A stretch of 64,000 bases of DNA, taken from positions 14,122 to 78,121 of IMG/VR virus record IMGVR_UViG_3300030406_003150; one strand, 5' to 3'. Origin of the DNA: a virus. The notes beneath the pieces were generated by a model. It was not told where the DNA came from, ran no database searches, and worked only from the letters and a program-made list of their open reading frames with translations. Position 1 is the stretch's first letter, and each line of letters begins with the position of its first letter. Of this stretch, positions 50,901 through 60,752 are shown piece by piece. Both the position numbers and the translations under genes were made by a program.

Positions 50901-53900
50901 TAAAGATGTGCCATCTGCTGCGGCCTCTGGTAGCTGAAGAATATAGTTAGTATCTTGGTTAAATATTTTGCGCAAGAATGGCAGCGTTGTTCCATAAACA
51001 AATGAACTAGAGATGCTAGCTGAAGATCCACCCTCCGATGCTGGGCCAGAAGCAGGAGTAACAACTTGTATTTGATTAGTTGGTCTTAGCTCTCCGCCAT
51101 AAAAAACAGTGTCTGAATATTGATACTCCGCAACAAATTCCTGCAAATAATCTGGATAATTAGGAAGGTTAGCAGCAAGCTCCATTCTCTCATAAGGGTT
51201 TACAGTAACAGAACCCTGAGCATACATCTTCATCTTGTCATAGTCATTTTCGCTATCAAAAGACCTAGCGGGTCCACCCCCTGGGCCTCCCTCTCCATCA
51301 GCAATAATTCCTATAGGATTAACAATTAAATCAGCACCTAAATTAAGTCCCTGCACAAGAACATTTTGAAAAGTAAAACCCCCAGTCACATTATAACCGC
51401 TTGGGGGGGCAGGATAGCTGTGGAAAATATATTGAGGCCCATTGATAGGAAATACAGAGCCTCCTGTATAATCTGTTTGATTGCCACTACTTGAAAGATA
51501 TCCGATTTGATGTCCGTAACCCTTAGTGACATTAGCCGCTGAATTATCTCCGTAAGGATTATTAGCAAATCCATGAATTTGATCAGAGCCTATACCTACA
51601 GAATCTAACCAAGAATCAATATTAGTTCCAAATTCTATTACATCTTCTTCAGATATGACAATCCAACTTAAAGCAGCAGGAGTTTGAGGATCAGGAGCCG
51701 TATCATGCAGGCAGGTCAAAGGCTCTACATCACTAAAATCAACCAAATGCAACATGAAGTGCGATGAAGTTGACGAATTATAATCAAAGTAAGAGTCTCC
51801 AGAGAAAAAATCATCGCTACCTTCAGAGTAAGCATCTGTAAGTGCCTGAGAGTTTTCTGAGAGCATCCAAGTAGCCTTGCCTTTATTAAAAATAAAGTAA
51901 CCAACAGGCACCCCGCTTTCTTGGGTTGTAGGTGATCCCGCAATATCCCCATAAACAGCATTGATTAGCTTATTTCTACTGTCGTTATTTGCATCTTCTT
52001 TACCTATGTAGGGTTGTGATATTAAATCACCACTAGACAACCCCAAATCAAAAGAATAAGAAGGCGTGCAGTTATTTTCTAGTATTGTTATACCAAAACC
52101 TGGTATTTCAAAAGGCTCAACAGTTGTGTTGAAAGTAGAAGAGGGTATGTTTTTGTTTATAAAGGCTTCTCTAACAGCTAAATTTAACGCTGATTGAGCA
52201 TTAGACAAATCCTGAGTTATTTCCAAGCTGGTAGAAAAAGTAATTGATTTGCCCTTAATAATAATCGGATGAGCAGCACTGCTTCCAACGACAGCGTTGT
52301 GTTGCTCTACCATCGCAACACCTTCAATACTACTAGGGCCTGTATAATTCCAATAATTACTGACGAGATAATTATAGTTATTTGCCCCGCTTGAACCACC
52401 AGCAAAACCAGAGCCATCACCAAATATCTCACCATCATCAAAAGCGCCTACCCCTGATTCTGCTTGGCTTAGTGCATTTCCTTGGTTAGCATTAACGCCG
52501 CTAAATAAACCCTCGTCATTAGAGGATACTAGTTGCGGGCCTACCTGCCGAGTTTGACTGACCCCTCCTCCTTTGGTGTGAAAGAAGTGAAAGTTTGTGT
52601 CAGGAGTCAGAGTGACAGAAACATTTACGATTGTATCCGCTGGAAGAGAGTCAGGCATCTCTTGAAAATCCATAAAGAATGACACGCCCTGCCCAAACTT
52701 TGGGCTAAAAATAGAAGGCACAACATTTATTGTGTACGTAATAAAGTCTTCTGGTCGATTCTTATAGATTACAGTAGCTATGGCTGTAGTAGTAGACTTG
52801 TTAAAACCGTCTACATAGTTTCCGTACATTAGCCTGTTTGAAGAGACTGTTTGAGCTACAGCGCTACGCGGAATAGAATCAAACTGCTTGTTTACTTCGT
52901 TTGTACTTACACCCTTAAGTATTCTGTCGTTAAAGAAATTGTACGATGTGACTCCTGCGTCTAGCTCGTCTATAATTAAAAAGCTACCGTCGTTTCCCTC
53001 TCTACAAAGCAACCTTACCTTTTCTATCTCTGGACCTTGAGCAGGTATAGTAAGAACGCACTTGTTGAAATCTGAATGGTTTACGTATGTCTGCGACCCT
53101 TGATCTAAGATGCTAGGTGGGAAAGCCACGTCAGAATAAGATGAAATAGCGCTTTCTGCTCCGTCTTTATAAATAGTTTGGTATGCAAACTGAAACCCTC
53201 TAGTTCTCTCAAAGTTACTAGTAGAGCGGTCTGGTTCATTCTGAAAAACAAACTCGATAGGGACGAGCGGTGTTTTAGGACATGCTGTTATGAAATCAGC
53301 CTCTGCATAAATATCCGAACCGTTAATCTGTTGGCCTTCAGATTCTACGAAGGCTCTATATGCATTTATCTTTCTCGGTTCGTTTACACCATCAGTGAAG
53401 TATATAATTACATCCTTGTCTAAATCTTCATCCTCAAAGCTTCTAGATGCATTGCTGTATACGATATCGCCCTTGACAAATCCATTTTGAGGAAAATTAA
53501 ACTGAGAACTTCGGTAGATAAGTCTCAACACAGGATTGCCCGTGCTTTCACCTCCAAACGCAGTTGATAGGATATCTTTTTTATCGTAAGCCCAAACACC
53601 ATGTTTGTCGGCATTTACGCTGTAGACAAAGAGATAAGTAATGTCAGTCCTTACATCCTCAACCGATCCTAAAACCCTAGCATCTGATGGAAGACTTTCC
53701 TCAGGATATGCATCTACAGCTACGTTACCGCGTATGTTTTTCAAGACGTCTTTACCTGCATCTAGCTTCTTGCCAGTAGCGTCGAAACCTTCGTTGTCAG
53801 GACCTGAATAAAGATTTAAGGCATCCGACATGGACACCTTATTTACGGTCTTATTGTCAGCATCTGAGTTTAAGACCCTAGGTATTCTTTTATCTATAGC

Positions 53901-53903
53901 CAT
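47940..53903 (-). CDS. Tail stabilisation/muzzle protein, copy B, with C-terminal Ig-like and dockerin/EF-hand-like domains
   Basis: YFTDGVNEPRKIN, FQFAYQ..Y.DG.ESAIS, NRLMYGNYVDG, FGIVYYDERGR, PPDWA.SYKIVY. Confidence 0.8.
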   Translation of the reverse strand: MAIDKRIPRVLNSDADNKTVNKVSMSDALNLYSGPDNEGFDATGKKLDAGKDVLKNIRGNVAVDAYPEESLPSDARVLGSVEDVRTDITYLFVYSVNADKHGVWAYDKKDILSTAFGGESTGNPVLRLIYRSSQFNFPQNGFVKGDIVYSNASRSFEDEDLDKDVIIYFTDGVNEPRKINAYRAFVESEGQQINGSDIYAEADFITACPKTPLVPIEFVFQNEPDRSTSNFERTRGFQFAYQTIYKDGAESAISSYSDVAFPPSILDQGSQTYVNHSDFNKCVLTIPAQGPEIEKVRLLCREGNDGSFLIIDELDAGVTSYNFFNDRILKGVSTNEVNKQFDSIPRSAVAQTVSSNRLMYGNYVDGFNKSTTTAIATVIYKNRPEDFITYTINVVPSIFSPKFGQGVSFFMDFQEMPDSLPADTIVNVSVTLTPDTNFHFFHTKGGGVSQTRQVGPQLVSSNDEGLFSGVNANQGNALSQAESGVGAFDDGEIFGDGSGFAGGSSGANNYNYLVSNYWNYTGPSSIEGVAMVEQHNAVVGSSAAHPIIIKGKSITFSTSLEITQDLSNAQSALNLAVREAFINKNIPSSTFNTTVEPFEIPGFGITILENNCTPSYSFDLGLSSGDLISQPYIGKEDANNDSRNKLINAVYGDIAGSPTTQESGVPVGYFIFNKGKATWMLSENSQALTDAYSEGSDDFFSGDSYFDYNSSTSSHFMLHLVDFSDVEPLTCLHDTAPDPQTPAALSWIVISEEDVIEFGTNIDSWLDSVGIGSDQIHGFANNPYGDNSAANVTKGYGHQIGYLSSSGNQTDYTGGSVFPINGPQYIFHSYPAPPSGYNVTGGFTFQNVLVQGLNLGADLIVNPIGIIADGEGGPGGGPARSFDSENDYDKMKMYAQGSVTVNPYERMELAANLPNYPDYLQEFVAEYQYSDTVFYGGELRPTNQIQVVTPASGPASEGGSSASISSSFVYGTTLPFLRKIFNQDTNYILQLPEAAADGTSLESDSVDFSRQQSAVELNKTVNFASGSFDFGGVESFKTEASHDFGIVYYDERGRHGFVDYLTTAFVEGYTNEERGLGNDGKGAVEVSLQLTGTPPDWAHSYKIVYGENSTVQDFVQYSAGGAFVGGDPDDVEASDFNKNIYVSLNYLQGHPVSYVNAFGARTQEGGLNLYKFEEGDKLRVISYFDGAGINYKDYEFDVVDLVILGDAENPLSNNPEQNQQGEFLVIKDNPEAFGFSHADVLSDFHNWGKNCIVEIRTPKKSIDVEDQIYYEISDHYKVVKNNFGNLVHDVNPVVVKNGDVWFRPVATNIREFENGEYVDIIPDDDGADPAPQPNFKNVFLETQSATDLFKSDSFSRGRPNVIFEDAAETKREATITYSDPSNPESFRIRYSSFNSSLANFKDLSDRYGDIEYIANHNDYIVVIQKEKVSIVPVNKNVLSDASGNQQIIASLNVLGEVIAYPGVSGCDDDPSSVYDSGQQVYFCNKSLSKVYRFTRQSGVEEISEKGMSSLIRASLQKAIEVGDNVRVVGGYDTLKEEYLLSIVNIPVRSTSFVQEVVQETQEDDVTPVEELEPNIVINPSDVLDFGVLTLTDTVTPKQVIVSNTGSANLIITDFDINDGEAINFELVSANANVSADNPMVIQPSGSETILISIIIPEEDGPINSFLEIYSNDPDTPILDLPLTVLFKESEDEGNGDDGSEDDSDGEALSPFTQAYNDFYGTDLTDQDMSKELAFQYLQDLQGTAGEPTLLDLRNFMESAVDNQTNVKMARFDLNGNQLIDTVGDFLLFAENFGEEYIEGTGMFSGLIPATSTPPLPKATPPPPSKPKPTTVNYFKSVDGAINYLFVQNELTVGEYHLLRAQINDNFSLNLNEQGPVNTFDLIQMLQVFGVTTDPDEPAFASTPTPDQGGIPAGPSSLETILWLIDDGTMTVAQYFYLASYVKLAAKADSNEDNQISAADLLNMLGTWGFGTQEQGTSYSLNDPAFNL

Positions 53904-54730
53904 CAGTACTTAGGCGCTTGCATAAAGTTCTTTCGAATAGTCTTTAGGGCTTCATCTTTTGTGAAGTTGCTGAGTCGTGCGTTCGCTTTTCTTCTTTCGT
54001 TGTAAAACTCAGCTCTCGCTCTAGCTTTCTCGTTAGCTGGCACAGAGGATTTACGTTCAACAATTTTGTAGTATATGTAGGAGCGCAATGCTTCCTCAGC
54101 ATACACATGCACCTCAGGATCAGTTGACCTAGCCTCATCTGCAACGTACTCAATTACCACGTCAGTAATATCTGAGTTTGTCTCTATCTCAATTCTGTCT
54201 TGATCAAGGTTTAATCTGTACTCTCCAGCGAGATGTCCACCTCCTGCTCCGTACAGCCTACCTACGCCTCCTTGATATATGTAATTCTCAAAAACGTATT
54301 GACCGAAATCGTTATCAGACCCCCCACTATTTTGAGTAGCCGTCTTGTCATCTTCTCTATTGTCGATAAAGTTGTCCTCTATGTTCAATGGGTCTGAAGC
54401 GCTATCCGTAGCAACATTCGGGCTGCTTATCTTTCTAGAATAATTTATGTTCTTGTTCTCACCAAACACCCTAAGTATGCCTTCGGAGTCAACAATTCCG
54501 ATCTTAATCAAATCAACAAAATCCTGAGGGAGAATTATGGTGTTGTTTGACTGTACGGTGCTCTTAAGCGACTTTACCTTTTTACCAAGATCAAATCCAA
54601 TCTCGCGTATACCTCTCAACGCAAAGTTTCTTATAGCTGTGTCAGAAGCATTACTAGCATAGTCGTCTCCGTCAAGAGTGATAATGAAATCTCTTATGAT
54701 TTCGCTGAGTTTTACCTTATTAAATGCCAT
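53903..54730 (-). CDS. Tail ring/tubular protein, copy B
   Basis: Paralog of 3460..4302. Confidence 0.7.
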   Translation of the reverse strand: MAFNKVKLSEIIRDFIITLDGDDYASNASDTAIRNFALRGIREIGFDLGKKVKSLKSTVQSNNTIILPQDFVDLIKIGIVDSEGILRVFGENKNINYSRKISSPNVATDSASDPLNIEDNFIDNREDDKTATQNSGGSDNDFGQYVFENYIYQGGVGRLYGAGGGHLAGEYRLNLDQDRIEIETNSDITDVVIEYVADEARSTDPEVHVYAEEALRSYIYYKIVERKSSVPANEKARARAEFYNERRKANARLSNFTKDEALKTIRKNFMQAPKY

Positions 54731-55500
54731 TATTCAGATGCTTCTTCTTGTGATGCAAACACAGATACCTGCGTTTCTCTCAACCTAATTCCAATCAACT
54801 TAGCCAACTCCATTACCACCTCTGTCAAATAGTGAGGCGGCAACATGAAGTTTCTAGAGCCTTGAGCATTAAATACTTCTAAAGATTCGCCGTTGTAACT
54901 TGCTGTCCTGAAGTCGTAGTAAGGTGCGTCAGGCAAGACGTTTCCTTCGCTATCAAACGAAGTGGGTTTAGCGTAGTAATTTAAGTAAACAACGGGTATT
55001 GTAGGTGGAAATATTTCTATGTCTACAGCAGAAACTAAGGCTACTGGAAAGCTCTCTGTAGGGTAAGAAAGATTGCTACCTACTATTCTGTCAATCTTCT
55101 CAGGATCGTACACTAGCTCACAGTTAACTAAGTCCTGGTTAGCGTTTGTAGCACCTTGAGGATCAAACAACGAACCTGCGTATATAGATACTATCTTAGA
55201 TAGATCAGAGGGTTTCTCTAGCAGTCCGTTGTTGTATTCTAAATCCAACAGGGCAGCCTTCCTTCTCAAGTAAAAGGCTAAGTCCTCTTGCTTTTGTTTT
55301 CTTACAGACTTGTCTCTACCAGGCTCAAAATTCTGTCGGCTCAAGCGTTTAGCCGTCACAAGCTCAGCAAACATTTCATTGTAGATATTCATCTGAGCCA
55401 GCGCTGCAAATGAATTGAATACTTGAGGCGTAATGAAACCTTTTTGCTCTTTGTTAGCGAGGTCCCTTAGAGCTGTATATACTTGTAATACGCTTACCAT
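54730..55500 (-). CDS. Tail ring/adaptor protein, copy B
   Basis: Paralog of 4302..5036; TATATTTG 4 nt upstream (55505-55512). Confidence 0.7.
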   Translation of the reverse strand: MVSVLQVYTALRDLANKEQKGFITPQVFNSFAALAQMNIYNEMFAELVTAKRLSRQNFEPGRDKSVRKQKQEDLAFYLRRKAALLDLEYNNGLLEKPSDLSKIVSIYAGSLFDPQGATNANQDLVNCELVYDPEKIDRIVGSNLSYPTESFPVALVSAVDIEIFPPTIPVVYLNYYAKPTSFDSEGNVLPDAPYYDFRTASYNGESLEVFNAQGSRNFMLPPHYLTEVVMELAKLIGIRLRETQVSVFASQEEASE

Positions 55501-55533
55501 AATACAAATATACTAAAAACAAATAGGGTGTAA

Positions 55534-56934
55534 TTAGTAGCTAATTCTTGCAGAGGTAGCCACCCTCGTAGTAGGTTTAGTTGATGTGCCTGTAAGCTTG
55601 CTTCTCTTGCCGCCATACAAAGAGTATAGCTGAGCGGCTAAGTTTGCAGCTTCACTAGCTCCGATGTCAGAATTTATAACTCCAAACCTATAAAGCTGCA
55701 CCCGCTGTGTGCTTTGAGCACCTCCAACCTCTCCTATAGAGCCCAAAACTAAATCACCGTCCGTCCTAAAGTCAGAGCTATTAGTAAGGTTAGGATCTAG
55801 CTCAAGGGTTTTTGCGGGCAGCTTACCAACGATGTCGCCGTTTCTATTGTGAAGAAACATATTACCAAGTATGTCTCTACGAATAATAAAGACATGATTT
55901 GCATCATACCCTTTAGCGTCTGGGTCGGGGTCGGGGAATGCAAAAGACTTAGTTCCATCCTCAGTGGATGTGGTGTCTACAAAAGCTGGATAGCCAGTCA
56001 GAATAGTAGAGCTAGCAAGAGCAGCAGAATCTGTCTTACTGTGTCTTGCAGCAAATATGTTTTTGCTTTGTCGCATAGTGTTGCTTCCATCAAACTTGCC
56101 GTTATCAGAAGGGACGGCCCCAAAACCAAAGCCACCGCCACCAACATCACCATACAAAGCTCCAATGCCATACGTAGCGCTGCCAGCAAGACCGTTTAAA
56201 TTTACAGCTACATAGATGGTGTAATCTTGTTTTATCTCAAAAACAGTGTCCAGATTAAACGCATTAGAAGTTCCAATATTAACAGCTGGCTTAATTAATG
56301 TTTCGTCACCACCGCTCGCAAGTTGAGTCCTAGTGCTGCCCGTTTGCTGAGAAAGATTGTGATCTACACCTGCTGTGCCAGAGTTTTTCCAAGAAGTATT
56401 AGCTGTGTTGTGAGTTTGAACCAAGTTTTCATGATTGTAATCAATCACAGGAAGCTCGTTAAAGAAAATCTCAGCTATTGTATTCTGAAACTCTCTTTCT
56501 TGCCTTCCAACAGAAGGCCGCTTGTTTATCGTCTTTACAGGGGCAGAAGAAATCGCAGGCAAGACATCATTAACGTCTTCAACAACAGCTTCTCTAAATG
56601 TAGATTCACTAGACACTACATCAAACTTCATGATGTTTTTAGGAGTGTTCCTAGACATAAAGTTTATGATGCTTTCTATTAGGCTTGCTTCTTCACCCTG
56701 ATTGCAAGAGACAGTTATAGTTGTTTTGAGCAATGACTCTCCCTCTTCTAAGGCAGCCTCATCAAAACCGTTGCAGTCCTTGAAGGTAAACCTCACCCTT
56801 CCGAGTTCCGAAGTAATGAACGTCAGATTTTCGGACGGTATTGCTATGGTGCTTATACCAACACCAGTATCTGAAAATGAAGCGCTAGTTGGAGACTCTA
56901 TCTCTCTACGGAAAAAGAAGAACTTTCTGTCCAT
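55534..56934 (-). CDS. Putative head/tail fibre with LamG-like C-terminal domain (module B only)
   Basis: N-terminal domain resembles 57896..58708; YTIYVAV...HVFIIRRD..GNMFLH...LGSIG lectin-like pattern. Confidence 0.5.
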   Translation of the reverse strand: MDRKFFFFRREIESPTSASFSDTGVGISTIAIPSENLTFITSELGRVRFTFKDCNGFDEAALEEGESLLKTTITVSCNQGEEASLIESIINFMSRNTPKNIMKFDVVSSESTFREAVVEDVNDVLPAISSAPVKTINKRPSVGRQEREFQNTIAEIFFNELPVIDYNHENLVQTHNTANTSWKNSGTAGVDHNLSQQTGSTRTQLASGGDETLIKPAVNIGTSNAFNLDTVFEIKQDYTIYVAVNLNGLAGSATYGIGALYGDVGGGGFGFGAVPSDNGKFDGSNTMRQSKNIFAARHSKTDSAALASSTILTGYPAFVDTTSTEDGTKSFAFPDPDPDAKGYDANHVFIIRRDILGNMFLHNRNGDIVGKLPAKTLELDPNLTNSSDFRTDGDLVLGSIGEVGGAQSTQRVQLYRFGVINSDIGASEAANLAAQLYSLYGGKRSKLTGTSTKPTTRVATSARISY

Positions 56935-56952
56935 GAAACAAATATACGAAAC

Positions 56953-56978
56953 AAAAAAGCCACCCGAAGGTGGCCTTT
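56953..56978 (-). terminator. Intrinsic terminator (cUUCGg)
   Basis: GCCACC/GGTGGC stem with U6. Confidence 0.75.
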
Positions 56979-56980
56979 CT

Positions 56981-57814
56981 TTATCCTAGCTTGTCTAGCC
57001 TTTCCTCTAAGGCGGAAAGCACTGATGATCCTTTTTCTGTTAGGCAGAATCTAACCATGACGTCTACAGCATCCTGACCCACAGGGACCGATACGATTAG
57101 GCTGTTGGAGTCAAACCAATAAACAGCCTCTTGACTTACTCTTATGATCTGATAATCTTTAGCCTGAATCACGACAGATCGCGCCTGTACTTGAGGTGAA
57201 TCAAATGATTCGATAAACTCTTGCGGCTTGTTCTTAGCGATTCTAAGCAAGTTAAATCGAATCTCTGCTACTGGTTGGTTGATGTTTACTTGGAAGTAAA
57301 GAGCCACAGGCAAAAGCTCTTGTATGTCTGTATCTCTAACCAAGGCTATAGCATCTGTCAACAAAAACTCTCTCTTGAGTTCTGCTTCAGCTTCTAGTTT
57401 TTTGTTTACCTCTGCAAAAACATTGCCTCCGTTGGCTTTGTTCAAAGGATGCATCTCGATAAACTTCCTGAGATTGGGCTTGTCTTTGGGGATAAAAAGC
57501 TTTTTGTTTCTAAATACTACAGATTCTCTGCGAGCGTTTTCAGATTGTTCATCCCTAAAAATAGATGGCTCATTAGGGCAGTAACGTATCTCTCTAACGC
57601 TGTCGTTTTCTTCGTCGTATACAGTCACGCCTTTCTGAGGGAGCATAAAAGCGATACCACCTCCTTTTAAGATCTCGTATTCTTTGTTTTGGTTTACTTG
57701 CTCTTTTCTCTTGATAGAGCGCTTCTTCTTTGCAGGGGCGGCAGGTGCTACTGCCTGTGCAGGTGCCTGGGCTTTTTTAGGTCTCCCAGGAGACTTCTTA
57801 GTTTGTGTAGTCAT
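56981..57814 (-). CDS. Conserved capsid-region protein, copy B
   Basis: Paralog of 5102..5911. Confidence 0.65.
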   Translation of the reverse strand: MTTQTKKSPGRPKKAQAPAQAVAPAAPAKKKRSIKRKEQVNQNKEYEILKGGGIAFMLPQKGVTVYDEENDSVREIRYCPNEPSIFRDEQSENARRESVVFRNKKLFIPKDKPNLRKFIEMHPLNKANGGNVFAEVNKKLEAEAELKREFLLTDAIALVRDTDIQELLPVALYFQVNINQPVAEIRFNLLRIAKNKPQEFIESFDSPQVQARSVVIQAKDYQIIRVSQEAVYWFDSNSLIVSVPVGQDAVDVMVRFCLTEKGSSVLSALEERLDKLG

Positions 57815-57850
57815 ATTAAATTGAATTAGTAAGGCAAATATAACTAAAAT

Positions 57851-57875
57851 AAAAAAGGCCCCCGAAGGAGCCTTT
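57851..57875 (-). terminator. Intrinsic terminator (cUUCGg)
   Basis: AAAAAAGGCCCCCGAAGGAGCCTTT. Confidence 0.7.
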
Positions 57876-57895
57876 CTTTAAAAGAAAAAAGTTTA

Positions 57896-58708
57896 TTACT
57901 CAGTGCCGTAGAGCTCAATCAAAAGTTTACCAGCAGTGTAAGTGCCATTGGTTCCCTCTCCATCAACAAGATATAAGTACTGATTGGCAGTCGGCAAGTT
58001 AGCCAAAGAAATAGGCCCATTCTGTGTGCCAGAAAAATCTACGTCTACAGCTTGCAAAGTGACTCCATTAGTTCCAGTTGAAATAGCAGCATCTTCTGCC
58101 AGGGTAGCTTCGTCTACAGAGTGCAAGTCAATATCTGCATCGCCCCCTGCGGGAGTTTCGAGACACGTCATGCTACCCGCAAACAAAGTCCCAGAAACAG
58201 CAGTAGTATACTGACCGATGTGGCTGTTTGCTGTTGCTGCCTTACCAATTACATCACCAGAAGCTGAAGAATCCAAACCAGTAAGATCAATAAATATACT
58301 GGTCTTAATAACATTACCCATTTTTTCAATCCAGCTATGATACACAGTGCCAGTACCAGTAGTGATACCTGTTCCAGCCGTCAAGCCGTTGTTAGTAGCA
58401 CCAGAGTCATCTACGGAGACAGCACTAATATTGTTGTCAATAAAGACGCTATTCACTGAATCGGCAATAACAACAAACTGATCTTTACTGAAAGCAATAG
58501 CTTCAGAGATAGATTGCATTACGGCCTTTTCTGTTCCAGCAGTAACCGTAAGATCAACTTTAGTGTTAGAACTAGACGTTCCGAGAGCATGTTCGAAAGT
58601 CATAAGAATGCTGGTGTTATCCAGCTGATCGATAGCCAAAAGTCTATCTACAGGGAAGGTCATTGCGTTATCTGACCCCCCATCAAAGTACAAAAATTTT
58701 GCAGCCAT
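57896..58708 (-). CDS. Putative capsid auxiliary/head fibre protein (module B only)
   Basis: 270 aa; Thr/Gly/Ala-rich; downstream of the MCP. Confidence 0.5.
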   Translation of the reverse strand: MAAKFLYFDGGSDNAMTFPVDRLLAIDQLDNTSILMTFEHALGTSSSNTKVDLTVTAGTEKAVMQSISEAIAFSKDQFVVIADSVNSVFIDNNISAVSVDDSGATNNGLTAGTGITTGTGTVYHSWIEKMGNVIKTSIFIDLTGLDSSASGDVIGKAATANSHIGQYTTAVSGTLFAGSMTCLETPAGGDADIDLHSVDEATLAEDAAISTGTNGVTLQAVDVDFSGTQNGPISLANLPTANQYLYLVDGEGTNGTYTAGKLLIELYGTE

Positions 58709-58746
58709 TTTTTTTAGTTTATGTAGTAAAACAAATCATACATGGT

Positions 58747-58775
58747 AAAAAGCAGGGAGCCGAAGCCCCCTGTTT
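58747..58775 (-). terminator. Intrinsic terminator (cUUCGg)
   Basis: AAAAAGCAGGGAGCCGAAGCCCCCTGTTT. Confidence 0.65.
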
Positions 58776-58776
58776 C

Positions 58777-59256
58777 TTAGAAGTGTCTATAAACAACGTG
58801 AACTTCAAGTTCGTTGTCTCCTGTGATTGCTTGGTTTCCAGTGTCAATTCTACCAAAAATTTTTCTAGCAACACCAGTAAAAGCACCAGCGGTGTTTGTT
58901 ACTCCAGGAGTGTTAGTGCCAGCAGTACCAGCGATAGTAAATTTGAACACGTTACCAGCAGCGACAGTTGCATTGTCACTTTGATCAAGGATTCCGTTTG
59001 AAACATCTGCAACGATATCAACGCCAGTATGGTCAGAGTTTGTGCCCATTCTAAAGCCAATATCAGCAGCGCCACCAATAGTAATACCACCTACAACACG
59101 AACAAAAACACCATCAACAATGCTATTAGCTGGCTGATCAAACTCAAAGTCAGTATCAGTATTTTGCTTACAAGCATTCTTAATCGTAATTGCGTGAGAG
59201 GATGTCATACAGCCTGGACGCGCATGAGAGAATATAGCGTCTGTATTTTCAGCCAT
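58777..59256 (-). CDS. Putative capsid decoration protein (module B only)
   Basis: 159 aa, beta-rich; directly after MCP B. Confidence 0.45.
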   Translation of the reverse strand: MAENTDAIFSHARPGCMTSSHAITIKNACKQNTDTDFEFDQPANSIVDGVFVRVVGGITIGGAADIGFRMGTNSDHTGVDIVADVSNGILDQSDNATVAAGNVFKFTIAGTAGTNTPGVTNTAGAFTGVARKIFGRIDTGNQAITGDNELEVHVVYRHF

Positions 59257-59318
59257 AATAGTTGTTTGTTAGGAAGTTAGGGGAAGGGCCGAAGCCCCTC
59301 CCTTTCACTTCAGGTTAA

Positions 59319-60746
59319 TTATCCCTTGATGAGTACGTGCTGGTTAGCAGCGCGAACACACAAAGCAATTTCAGATCTGTAGTGGAACGTAGCAACGTCA
59401 GAACCAGCATCTCCATTGTTTGTGTGGCCCAATACACCGCCACCAGTTACCCAGTGCTCCATCTCACGAGAGTAGCCGTTTGCTTCCTTGTAGTACATCG
59501 CCAAAGCAGGAGACTTGTATCCGCTGCGTGGGTCAGCCACTTGAGTCAAAGGAACCATAACGCCCTGGAAAGCTGTACCTGCACCCAACAAAGTTGGATC
59601 GTTCAACAGCTTCCAATCGTGCTTGTGGAAAGTGTATCCACCGCGTGTAAACGACTTAAAGCCCAACTTGACAGCCATGTCTGCATCGTTGTTAAACGCA
59701 CCGAACTGTCCAGACAAGCCAGCAGTCACACCAGTTGCAATACCAGTAGCAAGCATGTCATCGATAGCGAGGTCTTGCTTTCTGTTCAAGTACATAGCGT
59801 ACTCAGGCGGAGCGCCTTGCTTATCAAGCTCGATGATGATATCGTCAAACTCAGCAAAAGAATCGAGAGGGTTAGAGTTGGCGTTAGTCACCTCAATGCC
59901 TCTGGAATCGAGAGCTGTGAAGTAGCCTTCAGATCCAGCGATTGTCTTACCCAAGTCGTTGTCTCCATCATCACTTGTTGTAGCTGCGTTCTTCTCACCG
60001 AAAAGCAACATCATCTCACGACGATCTTCAAAGCGCTTGCGAGCTTCTTGCTCACCGTACATAAACCAGCGGAACTCTCCACCTCCGATATCAACCCAAC
60101 CGATATTGGTTGCTTGAGATCCGTTTACTTGGTAACGATCCTTAACGATCATGAATGGATTGCTACGCTTTACGACGTCTGAGTCAGTAAAGTGAGTGGG
60201 CTGATCAGTGCCTTGAGCGTACAGGTTGCCAAGGTGAATCATTGTGACTCCAGATCCGTCTTCGCCAGCAGAACCATTAGCACCATCAAGACGCTCCATT
60301 TTGAGAACGGGATCAGTAGCTGTTGATGCTTCATTGACCAAGTATCTTGTTCCAGTAGCGGCGTTCATCAAAACGTCAGACTGCTGAATCAATCCTGCTA
60401 CGTGAGCAACACCGTCGCCAGAAGCGGAAGTGTCAATCGTGTAAGTAGCAACACCAGGTGCGTTTCCATCAGAACCAGCAGCTGATGCTGAAATTGTACC
60501 AGTGTAAACTCTGTGACGACGACCAGCTTCCCACCAATCAATTTGATCAGAGGTGCCTCCGCTTACGACAGCTCCAGTGAGCTGCAAGAATCCCGTGATA
60601 CCTTGATCCCCGTAGGACTCGGTAAGTTCAGGAATAACAAAATCTTTTGTTGTCTTCAAAAGATTATCTATAGTAGTGTATCTCTCAGGGGTCAGCCTTA
60701 AGTCTGGTGACGCCTGGTCTACACTAGCTCCAGTAATAGTAGCCAT
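59319..60746 (-). CDS. Major capsid protein, copy B
   Basis: 475 aa with the same signature motifs as copy A. Confidence 0.85.
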   Translation of the reverse strand: MATITGASVDQASPDLRLTPERYTTIDNLLKTTKDFVIPELTESYGDQGITGFLQLTGAVVSGGTSDQIDWWEAGRRHRVYTGTISASAAGSDGNAPGVATYTIDTSASGDGVAHVAGLIQQSDVLMNAATGTRYLVNEASTATDPVLKMERLDGANGSAGEDGSGVTMIHLGNLYAQGTDQPTHFTDSDVVKRSNPFMIVKDRYQVNGSQATNIGWVDIGGGEFRWFMYGEQEARKRFEDRREMMLLFGEKNAATTSDDGDNDLGKTIAGSEGYFTALDSRGIEVTNANSNPLDSFAEFDDIIIELDKQGAPPEYAMYLNRKQDLAIDDMLATGIATGVTAGLSGQFGAFNNDADMAVKLGFKSFTRGGYTFHKHDWKLLNDPTLLGAGTAFQGVMVPLTQVADPRSGYKSPALAMYYKEANGYSREMEHWVTGGGVLGHTNNGDAGSDVATFHYRSEIALCVRAANQHVLIKG

Positions 60747-60752
60747 AATTTT